The notes under the pieces were generated by a model. It was not told the origin of the DNA. It made no database searches and saw nothing but the letters and a program-made list of their open reading frames with translations. Of a DNA stretch of 64,000 bases, positions 37,146 through 50,253 are shown piece after piece. Made by a program: the position numbers and the translations under genes. Source of the DNA: Octopus sinensis (taxonomy: Eukaryota); contig NC_043003.1 in NCBI RefSeq assembly GCF_006345805.1, positions 22,320,001 to 22,384,000 of the forward strand, given 5' to 3'. Numbering within the stretch: the stretch's first letter is position 1; every line of letters starts with the position of its first letter.

Positions 37146-40100
37146 TATGTCTATCCCCCCACCACTGCTTGACAACTGGTGCTGGTGTGTTCGCATGCTT
37201 ATAAATTTCCGGTTTTGCTAAAGAGACCAATAGAATAAATACTTATAAAAAATTATAAGTACTGGGGGTTGATTCATTTGACGAAAAATCCAAGGCAGTG
37301 CCCCAGCATGGCTGCAATCTAATGACTGAAACAAGTACAAGAATAAAAGAAAATTGAGCAGTAATTAAGAAGTTTCTAATTCTATAGATTACATGGTTTG
37401 TGATATATGTTATTGATAAAGAAGTTGTTATTCTATACTGATCTAGGTAGGTTTTTCTTTATATATACAACAGTGGCTGAGAAGTTTGTAATTCTATAGA
37501 CCAGGTGGTTTCGTTATGTACATCATCGATAAAGAAGTTGTTATTCTATATACGAGATAATTTATTATGTACGCCTCCTGTGGTTGTGAAATTGTCTTAA
37601 ACTAGGTTATTTATTATGTACAGCAGTGGTTGAGGTTTGTTTTCTCAGAGTAGGGTATATAAATCTATCATATACACCCACGGCAATGTTGGTATTATTT
37701 CAGGTTATTTCAAAATTATTTGGAAAACATTGCTGCTCTTGTGTAGCGCTAGTTTAGCAGTGATCAAGTAGATTTTTAAACAAAAGTCTTCTTGTTGTGA
37801 CAATCTCTACACGCTCCTGTGTGTCCTTTTTAAAGGCAGCAGAGAATGATTTAAAGTGATTTGGCTGCTATTTCTACCAGATTCAGCAATCGCATAGACA
37901 CTTCCTTATTGATTTTCTACCTAATTGTGTGAATAAATACAAAGCATTTCTGGTACAGTTACCTGCAGTAGATTCTTCTCTGCCCAGGAAGACTTAAAAT
38001 TTAAAACTTATGTTAGGGTTTCTGACATCTGGATGTTGTTAAAATTGCTGATCTGATTGATATTGTGGGTATTGTTTGAGACTGTCAACCAACAGGTTTT
38101 GAGTTCAAATCTACTGCAGGTGTTTTATTGTGTAATTTGGGCAGTACATTAATTTCCACATGCCTCAATCCATGCTAGTTATATTGAATGATGTGGTGAA
38201 AGCTGAATATAAGCTAGAGTTCACACTGGAGCATTGGATAAAATGGTTTGTGTTATTATTCCAGCTCGCATTGTTTAAAGTTCTAATCCCACTGAGGTTG
38301 GCTTTACTACTCATTCTTCTATGGTTGATACATTTATCAGATCTTAATGTAGGTTTTAAATCTTCCTGGGTAGAGAAAAATGTATTGTAGGAATCTGTCT
38401 CAGATATGTTTTGTACCTATTCAGACAGCTTGGTAGCAAGCTAATGAGAGACATCTTCATGACAGCTCAACTTGTTAAAAATGGTAGCCAAATCACCCTC
38501 AAACTCTACTGTTTTAAAAAAAGATGGTGAATTGTTAGAATCACCAGAATGCCAGATGGGACACCTTGCATTATTTTCCCCAGTTCTTTGCATTCTGAGT
38601 TTAAATCCTGCCAAGGCCTACTAAGGTCCTTGACTTAATCCATTGCCCAGATTTAACACGGCCATCTGAACCTTGGGTACCTTCAGTATAAGTCCACTCT
38701 GTTGCAAGCATTTGTCAGGTTTGAAGATATCTTCCTTCTACTTTTCCACCATTGTTGAAGGCCCTGGGAAGGATCATGGGAGCCTGATTTCCACCAGGAA
38801 CCTGGAATCGAGCCCTGTTCAGTACAACTGCAATCACCCTATTTTTGCGGGTTTCGATAACATTTGTATATTTATTTTTTCTTGGCTGTCTGCATTTATG
38901 TGATAAAAGTTGGTACAAGCATTTAGGCTATAGAAAGATATTCAACAATGAAGATAATTATTCTGAAACTAGTTGTCATCATTATTTTCACATCTACTTT
39001 TCCATGTTTGTGTGGGTCGGATGGAATTTGTTGAGGTGGATTTGTCTATGGCCAAATGCCCTTCCTGTTGTCAACCCTCACCTGTTTCCTAGTAATATTT
39101 CCCCATGACTAGACATGATTACATGGAAGATTGAAAATGGACAGCGCTTGCATGACGGTGGCACTCGCTTATAACAACCATGTGATGTCAAGACAAGGAG
39201 ATAGTAACACACACACATATACATACATATATTTATATATGTATGTATATGTATACACATAAATACATAGTATTTACAAAAAAAAAAAAGGATGAAGACA
39301 AGTATATAAACAACAAACAGTTGTATTAGTTTAACGCTCAGGAAGTGAGAAAGTCTTTTACATTTTGAGCCTATGCTCTTCGACAGAAATAAACAGGGAG
39401 AGAAAATAAAAAAAGGTTTAGTGGCTAATGATCTATCATGTGTGTATGTGTGTGTGTGTGTGTGTGTATGTATATATATATATATAATATATATATATTA
39501 TATATATATATATACATACACACATACACTCATATATATACACACATACAACGTGCTTATTTTAGTTTGTCTACCAAATCTACTCACCAGGCTTTACCAG
39601 AGCCTGGCAGTATACTGTGCAGCAGGACTGAACCTAAGACCACATGGTTTAGAAGCAAGCTCCTCAACCACACAACCATGCCTGTACCTTATCATTATAT
39701 TTAATAGAAAAATAAATTGCTATAATTACATTAAAACCAACTGAAAAAAAAAAAAAAAACCTTATTAGAGATACGGAGTTAGCTACTTCAGTTTCGTATT
39801 CAGTCTCTTGAATCCAAAATACAAATGCCACACAGAGAATAACACATCACTTGGTGCAGTTTGGGTGTTTGTATAATAAATCACATTTGTTAATTAATTT
39901 TTCCTTTTTCTTTTTTTGCTAATGAAATTCTTGGTGAATACAGTTTTAGCTTTGTATCAATTTCAGAAAATATATACATATATATATGTATTTCACTGCA
40001 ATTTGCCTAGTTAAGGCCTTAATTTTCACCCTTTGACTTTTGTTAAAGTGTCGAGGTTATTGCAACCTTTTCACTTCTGAGTCATAGTCTGTAACTTTTT

Positions 40101-40419
40101 TATCATCTGTTCAGTTGGGAGACGTAATAAATGTCTAGAAAGAGATGGAAAATGAATTTTATTAAATTTTCATCATATATATATTTCTCTCTTTCTTCAA
40201 CATCCACTCTGTATCTCTCTCTTTTTTTGTTATTAATCCTATTTCCTCTCTCATTCTCTCTTTCTCCCCCGCCCCATCCTTTTCCACTTTCTGTATTTCA
40301 CTTTACATCTTGGACTTTTTCAAAAATTTCTGCTGCTTTTCTTTTCTCTTTTGTGTTTTAAAGTTTTATTCTTTATTTCTCTACTTGTTCGTTCCTCTCT
40401 CCCATCTCTTTTTTCTTTT

Positions 40420-41070
40420 CTTTCTTTCTCACTCTCTCTCTCTCTTTCTTTCCTTCACTCTCTCTCTTTCTTTCCCTCACTCTCTTTCTTTCTCTCACTT
40501 TCTTTCCCTCTCTCTTTCTTTCCCTCTCTCTTTCTTTCCCTCACTTTCTTTCCCTCTCTCTTTCTTTCTTTCCCTCTCTCTTTCTTTCTTTCCCTCTCTC
40601 TTTCTTTCCCTCTCTCTTTCTTTCTTTCCCTCTCTCTTTCTTTCTTTCCCTCTCTCTTTCTTTCCCTCACTCTCTTTCTTTCCCTCTCTCTTTCTTTCCC
40701 TCACTCTCTTTCTTTCCCTCACTTTCTTTCCCTATCTCTCTCTTTCTTTCCCTCTCTCTTTCTTTCCCTCTCTCTTTCTTTCCCTCTCTCTTTCTTTCCC
40801 TCTCTCTTTCTTTCCCTCACTCTCTTTCCCTCACTCTCTTTCCCTCACTCTCTTTCTTTCCCTCACTCTCTTTCTTTCCCTCACTCTCTTTCTTTCCCTC
40901 ACTCTCTTTCTTTCCCTCACTCTCTTTCTTTCCCTCACTCTCTTTCTTTCCCTCACTCTCTTTCCCTCACTCTCTTTCCCGCACTCTCTTTCCCTCACTC
41001 TTTCTTCCTCTCTCTCTTTTTTTCTCTTTCTCTCTCTCTTTCTCTCACTCTCTCTCTCTTTCTCTCCTTT
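40420..41070. repeat. About 650-bp polypyrimidine (CT-rich) tract with higher-order units
   Basis: Units such as ctttctttccctcactct; purines are rare on the + strand. Confidence 0.97.
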
Positions 41071-41695
41071 TCGATTTCACTCATCTCATTCATTTAATAA
41101 TGACAACCATGCCCAACAGATTCGCACACACATCACTACATATCCAGTCATGCATGCATATATAAGTATGCACACACACACACACACATGCAGTCATGTA
41201 CAAGTGCACATGTACTTGCAAATGCTCAAGTGCGCATACACATATGTAAACTACATGATGAACACACACACCTACACTTACCCACCTATGAAAACACATT
41301 GACTCATACATGCACACAAATACACACTGACTCATGTATACACACACACACACACACACACACACCACACACACACACACACATACATTCACTTATACAT
41401 ACACACACTCAATTACTTGCACACATGCACACTCGTAAAAACCATGCTTATTCATGCAAGCATACATGTGCATGTATGTACACACACACGTACACAAGTA
41501 CATGCTCTCACATACATGCATATAAGCACTGTCAGCTACGCACATGGTCAAATTAGATACACACCACACACACACTCATGCATAAATATACAGACACAAA
41601 CAATGTTGGCATTTACACATATACTCAAATTGCACACACACACCACACACACGTTTACTTGCTCAAATATCCATGTACTTGTAGGTGGGTAAGTG

Positions 41696-41734
<39 letters not shown>

Positions 41735-41937
41735 ATTTCATCATGTATGTGTGATAGATTATATAAATGTACAAAACACACATGTTGACATTTATACATA
41801 TACCGAAATCACACACCACACACACTCCATGCACACACACACACAACACACACACACACATGCACACACACTTGTCTACTTACATGCATACATACACAAG
41901 TGCATAAGGATACATACACACAGACATGGTGACATTT

Positions 41938-42074
<137 letters not shown>

Positions 42075-43093
42075 TCTCTCTCTCTCTCTCTCTTCCATTT
42101 ACTCACTCAGAACAACGTAATCAGCCATAATTTAAAGTATAATTGTGACTACTAAAGAAATATATTTCAAACTATGGTACAACACTGGTTCCTACCTCCT
42201 TCCCTTCCTCCACTCTTCCTGCTACTATTTCCACTTCCTAATCCAGCCCCACCCTGATCCCATCCCAGTCTCCCATTGTTCTTTCAGCCCTTGTTCTATA
42301 ATTCTCATCCCTGGAACCAGCTATTCTACACCAGACACAAAACGTTAAAATTCTCTTGATTCTGCATAACTGCTCCCCCCCCCCCGACACCTCCCTTCCT
42401 CACTGTCTTTTGTTGTGCTACAACAACTCTCATGGGAACGGCTCTGCCCTACCACATTGTGCCAACTTCTGCTACGTTTCCTACTCCTACTCTGAGCACT
42501 CTCGAGGCAAGAAGTAGAATGCTCATATGGACAGGCCTTGAACTATGAACTACAAACTATAAGATCTTCATTCGTTGTTGTTGGTGTTTTAACCTCAGCT
42601 CATACAGATGGTTAATTAGTTGGCAGAACTGTTAGTGTTGAATGAAATGCCTTGTGTCTTACACAATTTCAGTGTCTTACACACTGAGTTCAATTTCCAC
42701 TGAGGTCAGCTGGACTTGTCATTCCTTGACAGTTGATTAAATGAAGTACCAGTCTAGAGTGGTGAACTGACAGAAATGTAAATATGTTAAATAAGATGCC
42801 TAGGGATGTTTTGTTTTGGCTTTTTGCCCTCTGTTGAATACTTGAATGGTAGACTTTATCTGTTGCTGGACGTAACACCCGATTCTTAGGTATCTTTAAC
42901 TGTGTCTACTCTGTTGGAAGTTTTCAGGCCGAGTTTGAGAATGCATCTCTCTCCATCTTCTCCCCAACTAGTCTTGAAACTGCTTAAAAAGAGTTATGAA
43001 CCCTGCCTTCCCTCCTGACTAAGATATACATAGGTGCAAGAGTGGGTGTGAAGTAAGAAGTGGATTTGGTAGACATAAACTGAAAGAAGCCTG

Positions 43094-43140
<47 letters not shown>

Positions 43141-43184
43141 TTGCAGTATTTTTGATGTGAAATCGTGTGTTGAAACGGATATTG

Positions 43185-43306
43185 TTGTATTTAGGAATGG
43201 TCATTTTGCCAGTTTAGCCAATAAAATAACGCTGAAGCTAAGTAGCACCAAATATATAGTGCGTGTGGTTTTATTGGCTAAACTGGCAAAATGACCATTC
43301 CTAAAT

Positions 43307-43310
<4 letters not shown>
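43185..43310. repeat. Perfect 42-bp inverted repeat with a 42-nt spacer, between (TA)n tracts
   Basis: 43185-43226 is the exact reverse complement of 43269-43310. Confidence 0.95.
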
Positions 43311-43343
<33 letters not shown>

Positions 43344-43344
<1 letters not shown>

Positions 43345-43640
43345 CAAGACTCAAGAGAAATTTAAAGAAGAATGTTATGATCAAGAAGGTGAATCACAAT
43401 GACCTTTCTGCGTGTGCAGTTTGTGACAGACTAAGCCTTTCTTTTGCTGGGCTCAAATCTCATTTACGGAACCCATAGAAAACGAACTTCCACCAAATAT
43501 TCTACCTATATGTCTGTGCACACCTTTCAATGCAATGTATGCCAGAAAGTTTGCAAATCTAACGGAAGTTTCAAAAGACATTTTAAGATCCACAAAGATC
43601 AGAACTTAACTGCAGTGGTCCAAATTGGATATGCAATTTA
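43344..43640 (+). pseudogene. Frameshifted fragment encoding two C2H2-type zinc fingers, probably the C-terminus of an RTE-group LINE ORF2
   Basis: Removing one A at 43470 gives CAVCDRLSLSFAGLKSHLRTH...CNVCQKVCKSNGSFKRHFKIH. There is no TGEKP linker, and the fragment is truncated by (TA)n and a SINE. Confidence 0.6.
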
Positions 43641-44199
43641 TATATTGGTGAAAGAGTACAGCAGGGATCGCTCCCCCCCCCCCTACTGGAGCCTTGTGGA
43701 GCTTTAGGTGTTTTCGCTCAATAAACGCTCACAATGCCCGGTCTGGGAATTGAAACCGTGAGTCTGCTGCCCTAACCACTGGGCCATTGCGCCTCCACAT
43801 TATATATATATATATATATATATATCTGTGTGTGTGTGAGGTCAACCCTGATCATGATCTATGATCAAAGATATTCTAGCCGTAACCATTCTGTTTATTA
43901 CATATTAAGTCATCAAATATGTTCTCAAGGACCTTTCTACCAACCTGAAAATTGCCATCCCACCTTAACAACCCCCCCTACCCTCCACTCCAAATCTTTT
44001 TACTGTCTCTCACTTCACCACTTTCCAGCCTCTGGCTAATAGGGACCTCATGTCGTCCTTCCTCATTCCCATCAACAATCTAAAATGTGAAAAATGTTCC
44101 TGCCACCCACTAACTGGAATCAGGGAAATGAGTAAACTCTAGCAAGGTTGACATTAAAAATCCTCGTATAATAACTTACATTATTATTATTTTGTAGTA

Positions 44200-44234
<35 letters not shown>

Positions 44235-44343
44235 TAATAATATTCCGTGTCAAAGAATTTTGATGTAAACAATCAGGTCATTGCTATTCTACTTCACACA
44301 CACATTCCAAGTGTGTGTGTGTATGAGTGAGTATGTATGTATG

Positions 44344-44391
<48 letters not shown>

Positions 44392-44640
44392 CACACACAC
44401 ACAAACACATGCAAATATCTACATGCATACATATATATTATACATATACACAACACACATGCATACATCTATGTGTAATATATATACACACACACAACAT
44501 ATGCATACATCTCTCTATATATATACATATATATAGGGAGAGTTTACGAAAAAGACAATGATAGGTGGTGTACAAAACAAACAGATGTATTAGTATAATG
44601 GTCAGGAATAGAAAAATTCTTTTACGTGTATGTATGTATG

Positions 44641-45359
44641 TATGGGACGAAGTGGTGAAGCACGACCTTCGGACGTTAGGTCTCACCATGGAAATGACTA
44701 GAGACCGAGACCTATGGAAGTATGCTGTGTGTGAGAAGACCCGGCAAGACTAGTGAAGCCATAATCCGTGGCCCCTACCTGGGACGTAGTCAGTCCACCT
44801 GTGCATACCTTCCTTCTTGTGACACTTGTGAAGACCTGTTGAGGCAAGTGAGAATCGAATCGAATCAAATCGAACCAAATCAAAATAGATGAACATCAAT
44901 GGAATTTGTATCCTTGTGGTACCAGTGCCGGTGGCACATAAGAAAACCATCCGAACGTGATCGTAGCCAGTACCGCAATGACTGGCCTCCGTGCTGAGGG
45001 CATGTAACAAACACCATCCGAGTGTGGCCGTCCGCCAGCCCCGTCGGGCACCTGTGTTGGTGACACATAAGAAAACACCATCCGAGCGTGGCCGTCAGCC
45101 AGCCTCGTCTGGCACCTGTGTCGGTGGCACATAAAAAACACCATCCGAGCGTGGCCGTCTGCCAGCCTCGTCTGGCACCTGTGTCGGTGGCACATAAAAT
45201 CACCCACTACACTCTCAGAGTGGTTGGCGTTAGGAAGGGCATCCAGCTGTAGAAACACTGCCAGATCTGACTGGCCTGGTGCAGCCTTCGGGCTTGCCAG
45301 ACCCCAGTTGAACCGTCCAACCCATGCTAGCATGGAAAGCGGACGTTAAACGATGATGA

Positions 45360-45363
<4 letters not shown>
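44641..45363 (+). mobile_element. Young 5'-truncated RTE-clade LINE (ORF2 end plus 3' UTR and (GAT)n tail)
   Basis: WDEVVKHDLRTLGLTMEMTRDRDLWKYAVCEKTRQD*; the 3' UTR has ggcacataa..accatccgagcgtggccg tandem units and ends ggacgttaaacgatgatgatgat; many CpGs are intact. Confidence 0.9.
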
Positions 45364-45397
<34 letters not shown>

Positions 45398-45871
45398 AAC
45401 GTGTATATAGTTGTTTAGGAATCAAGAATACATCTGTCAGAAAACAAAAAGGAAAAAAAGCAGGCACTTGTATATTTATCAATAAAGTGATTATATCAAT
45501 ATTTATACAACAGTATTATAGATTTATTTCAGGTGATTTTTACCTATCAGTTTTTTCATGACTTATGGGGTAACCTAAGATGGCACTCATCAGAGGTAGC
45601 TGGCATACCAACTGCATCAGAAAGGAATTCGCCATATTTTCCATATGAATTCCCCTGATGAGGTGTGTCTTAGGTTACCTTTCTAACTTGTATGTGAAAC
45701 TAATTGACTAAATCAGCTGAAATGGATCTGTATTACTTTATAATGCAATATTAATATATGTATATATTAATATTTTTGCTTAAGAAAATTGTACTTAAAA
45801 TGATGTAGATTTTGTGTTTATTTGGATAGTTGATGATCCACCCTGTTGCTGCTCAGTTTCATGATATGTAA

Positions 45872-46232
45872 CAGTGGCTCGTGACTATTTTTATCTATGG
45901 ACCCCTTTGATTACTATTTTATTCTGGTGGACCCCTATAGCCATTCAATGTTTAAAACCTAGTTTTATAGAGTCTTCTTTCCAAATTCTTATTTTGTTTT
46001 CACATGTTCACTTGCAGTATAGCACTCTCTGAGAGGACATGTTTCGGTGGCCAGACATATGTTAAACTATGTAAAACAGCTGTTTCTTGCAACAAATACA
46101 ACCAAAGCCAATTTTTTCATAGACCCTTGATATGCTACTGTTGACCCTCAGTTTACTATTTTGCTTATCTGGACCCTCATAGATCTTATATGGACCCTGG
46201 GCCTCCATATGCACGCTGGTTGAGAACTATTG
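45872..46232. mobile_element. hAT-type MITE, degenerate
   Basis: Ends cagtggctcgtgact / ggttgagaactattg resemble the CAGTGGTTCTCAACC TIR; internal ggacccc subrepeats; the 8-bp target duplication is not clean. Confidence 0.55.
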
Positions 46233-46423
46233 ATATATATGACCAACATACTACAACCACTTCTCACTCGTCACCTCACTGGCTTAGAACTGTAGAAGTA
46301 ACTAAATGAACAGCAACTGAGTTAATCATCAATTATACACACACACATTACACTAGAATGTTTATAATTGCAAAACCAATTCTGTAGTGTCATTGTATTT
46401 CTTTTTTCTGTCTCTATCTTTAG

Positions 46424-46511
46424 ATTTGAGCTGTCAGCAGAGATGAGGAATGCTTGTGAGATACTCCACATCTATCTGGAAGATTCCACCCGGGTACAGA
46501 CTAAAGAACTT
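46424..46511 (+). CDS. KANK: KANK exon (FELSAEMRNACEILHIYLEDSTRVQTKEL); 88 nt
   Basis: Acceptor tctctatctttag|a and donor ctt|gtaagt. Resembles the KANK YELSxxMxxAC pre-ankyrin helix. Too short for the ORF track. Confidence 0.88.
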
Positions 46512-47621
46512 GTAAGTAGTTACCTCTAATCGCTAGTCTAACTAGATTGTGTACCACCTGGGGCTGCCCTTCAGTTTTCTGCTCCTTGGTTACCCTCAAA
46601 AAAATACATATTTCCTACAGCAGATCCAAAAGTGGTGCTGCCCCCATAAAAGTGCCACCTGGGATGGACCACCCCTCCATCCCACTCTTGTGCCTCTATT
46701 GTGTCAGGATGGGCTGCAGTGTGTCTGTCTTGGAATAAATGCAGAGTGGCTCAGATGGTATGCTGTTGGGATTGCCATCTGGCTCACAGGTGTAGGACAT
46801 GGGTTTTGAGGCACCTGTTTGCTTTATAATCACTGTTTTAGATTGAGTTCCAATGCATGGCACTTTGTAAGTATCTCCTGCAGCCAAGAATTATCCAATA
46901 ACTTGTGAATGGAATTTTGTAGACAAAAACTGTGTTGTGGAAAACTGTTATGTATTTGTGCGTGTGTGCATGTGTATGTATAGGTATGTATTTATGTATC
47001 TGTGTGTATTTATACACACACACATTTTCTATACATGTGAATGTGTGTGCATGCATATGGTCTATTTATGTAATCCAATGAAGCTGTTGTCCATGAATGA
47101 ATTGTTTTGTGCAGTTATGTCATATTTACATTGAAACCCTTAACAGGCCTCCATCTTTTCTCCATTAAAGAAGAAATAAAAAAAAAGCCAGATGCATTGT
47201 GGGGAGTTCAGGGTGATGGAAGAGGGGAGATAATTCTAATTTTAAGCTGAGTGATTTATCTTGTGTGTGTGTGTGTGTGTGTGTCTACAGACAACACTCA
47301 GTGAGCTTCCATAGAGTTTTCTTCTTCCAGTTCCATTCAGAACTCATTTATTGACTCTCGGGGCTATATTAGATGACGCTTGCTGAAGGTGTTGTGCAAT
47401 AAGACTTAACCCGAGACTATGCTGTTGTAAAGCCATCATCTTGTCCAAATAGCCATCCCTTTGCCTTTCTTTAAGTGTGTGTGCACGCGTGCACATCTGC
47501 ATGTGCGCATGAGCGTGTAAAGTATTTCTATTTTTGCATTATGTTAATATGTAAATATCTCAATTTTATTCATTCTCTGATGTATCTCTATTTCTTTTTC
47601 TCTGTTGCCACTTCTATGCAG

Positions 47622-47771
47622 AATTCGTGTCTTGACCAAATACGACAGGAATGGTTCAAAGTGTCCAGTCACAAACTGTCCAATCCACACCAAGTTGAAG
47701 ACTATTTGTCCAGTTTCAATGAAATTGACAAGAAATTACTCAAATACATAGTAAACCTACTCGATTCCAAT
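47622..47771 (+). CDS. KANK: KANK exon (NSCLDQIRQEWFKVSSHK...IVNLLDSN); 150 nt
   Basis: Acceptor cttctatgcag| and donor aat|gtaagt. Contains the KANK-typical QEWFxVSS and VNxxDxN motifs. Confidence 0.93.
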
Positions 47772-49392
47772 GTAAGTGTTATTCTATTTGTTTTGGTGTT
47801 GTGTTTTTTTTTAATTGTTTAATCCATTTATTTTTTCAGTCATTGGACTGTGGCCATGCTGGAGCACCACTCAAAGAAGTTTAGTTGAATGAATTGATCC
47901 TAGTACTTGATTTAAAAAAAAAATTCCTGTTATTTATTTTACCGGTTGTTTGCTGAACTGCTAGGTTATAGGGGTGTAAACAAACCAACACTGGTTGTCA
48001 AGCATTGGTGGGTGACAAATATGCACAATCACACAAACACATGCATAGATTGTGTGTGTGTGTGTGTGTGTGGGTGTATGTTTGTGGTGGTGGGGGGTTA
48101 CCAAATGAAGATATGTGCATTTTCTAGTTCTGTTTCTGTTGCTTCCCCTAATACCAAATTCACTTTGACTTTTGTTTACCTTCATGGGTATTAAAATACG
48201 AGACAAAGTTCCGGGGCTGGCTATATTCAACCAATAACCCTTGAAAGCAGTGCTCCAGCATGGCCAAAGTCTAGAGACTCAAACCAGTAAAAGGAAGGCA
48301 ATAGAAAAGAAACGTGGCTGGATGATATAAGTCCTGTGTGACAAAATGAGCTGAGAAGTGGGAGATCAGTTGAGAGAAAAAGGGAGAGTAGTAGGAGGAG
48401 GAGGGAGAGTAGGAGGAGAAGAAGAACCAGAAGACGACCAACAAAAGCTAAGCAGATACAATTGCGTAGGAAGATATGGTAAGGTCAGATCTGTGTATGC
48501 TAGTTTAGTTTCACAGACCAAATGATTTAGGATCATGAAGAAAAGATGCTACTTATTAAAGCTACTTGTTACCAAACTAGATATTCCTCACCTTTCAAAA
48601 TTATTCTCCATTATCTTTATATTAATTTATATTATTATATATACATCCAAATAAGTATATATAGAAATTACATTCATTAAAAAGAAATCCCACAATCCCA
48701 ATAAATAAATAAATATATATATATTTATACTTTATTATCATTAAAATTATGTTTTTGCAGGTTTAATAATAATAAAGCATATGACTCTACCTCTGGTATT
48801 CGAGTACCATTTCCCCCACCTTGTTTCACATTTCTGCTTACTTTGGCATGTGTGTGTGTGTGTGTATGTATATATATATATATATATAATTAAATCTTTA
48901 GAAAGGTTTTAGTTTGCAGCCTTGTCCTGCTCATAGAAGCAGAGACAAAAGAAAAAAGAAAAAATAGTTGTAGCATATATGTGGTTGCTCTTTCTGTTAG
49001 AAATAGCAGCCAAATCTCTCAAATAACACACTATACCATTGCATATCTTGAAAAAAGAAACTGAATAAATAATAACACATTAGGTCATCTAGTTGCTTGA
49101 CCTGCTTGCTTGTGTGCTTAGGTGGGTGTACTTTTAAGATTGCACTTAAAATTCTACACCCCCACATGTGTTTATTTCTGTTGCAGTAATTCATTTATTT
49201 TTGTCATTTTCCAAACTCTTATTGTTGCAATGTTCTTTAAAATGCAAATGAGGGGCTAATTCAATGCATTTATGACAGAGAGAAGGATAGTCTCCAAAAT
49301 ATAAATTATTGATAAGATTTGAGATTTGGATTCAAGTTATGGCATAACATTGATTCATGCCCTTCATAGATGTGAAGATTTGTGTGTGTCTC

Positions 49393-49428
<36 letters not shown>

Positions 49429-50207
49429 TTCTGGTGTGTGTGTGTGTGTGGCTTGATGTATGATATTTTGTATATCCATGTATGATCAAATTTGTATTAC
49501 CTTTATGTGTGTGTGTGAAAGTTCTGGTGTGTGTGAGTTGTTTGAGTGTGTGTGGTTCAATGTATGTTTTGGTATTTCCATGTACATGTTAGTATCTATT
49601 TGTGTTGTGTGTGTGTTCTTGTGTGTGTATGGATGTGCAAGTTCTTGTGTGTGTATGTGGCTTGATGTATGATTTTTTTTTGTATATCCATGTATGATTA
49701 AATTTGTATTATCTTTGTGTGTGTGTGTGTGTGTATGTGTGTGTGTGGTTGTATGAGTTTTGTATACATGTATATATTTGTATTCATCTTTGTGTGTATA
49801 TATATAAATGGCGGTGCCCCAGCATGACCACAGCTCGTGAGCTGAAACTAGATAAAATAAAATTTAAAAAAATATGAGTTTTGGTGTCTGTATGTATGAG
49901 TGTTTGTATATCCATGCATGGTTAGACATATTTATGTTTGTGTATGGCTTGATGTATCAGTTTTGTATGCATCCATTTATATTTGTCTTTGTGGCTCAAT
50001 GTATAATTTTTGTATATTCATGTATAGCTGTATGTGTGTGTATGAATGAATGAATGAATGAATGAGAGAGATATGGAAGCCACAGAAATATACGAGAGAG
50101 GAGGAGGAGGAGGAGGTGTGTCTCTCTGAGCAAGAGAGATAAATCCATGTATGTGTATATGTGTTTTTGTAACTGAAACAGACTGCATGGTTGTGTGCTT
50201 GTTTGTA

Positions 50208-50253
<46 letters not shown>

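Noticed and set aside
38640-38920. GC-richer segment as a LINE or gene fragment
   Set aside because: None of the minus-strand frames gave a motif I could assign with confidence.
40310-41302. Longest ORF (330 aa, LSF-rich)
   Set aside because: It is open only because the CT tract cannot encode stop codons.
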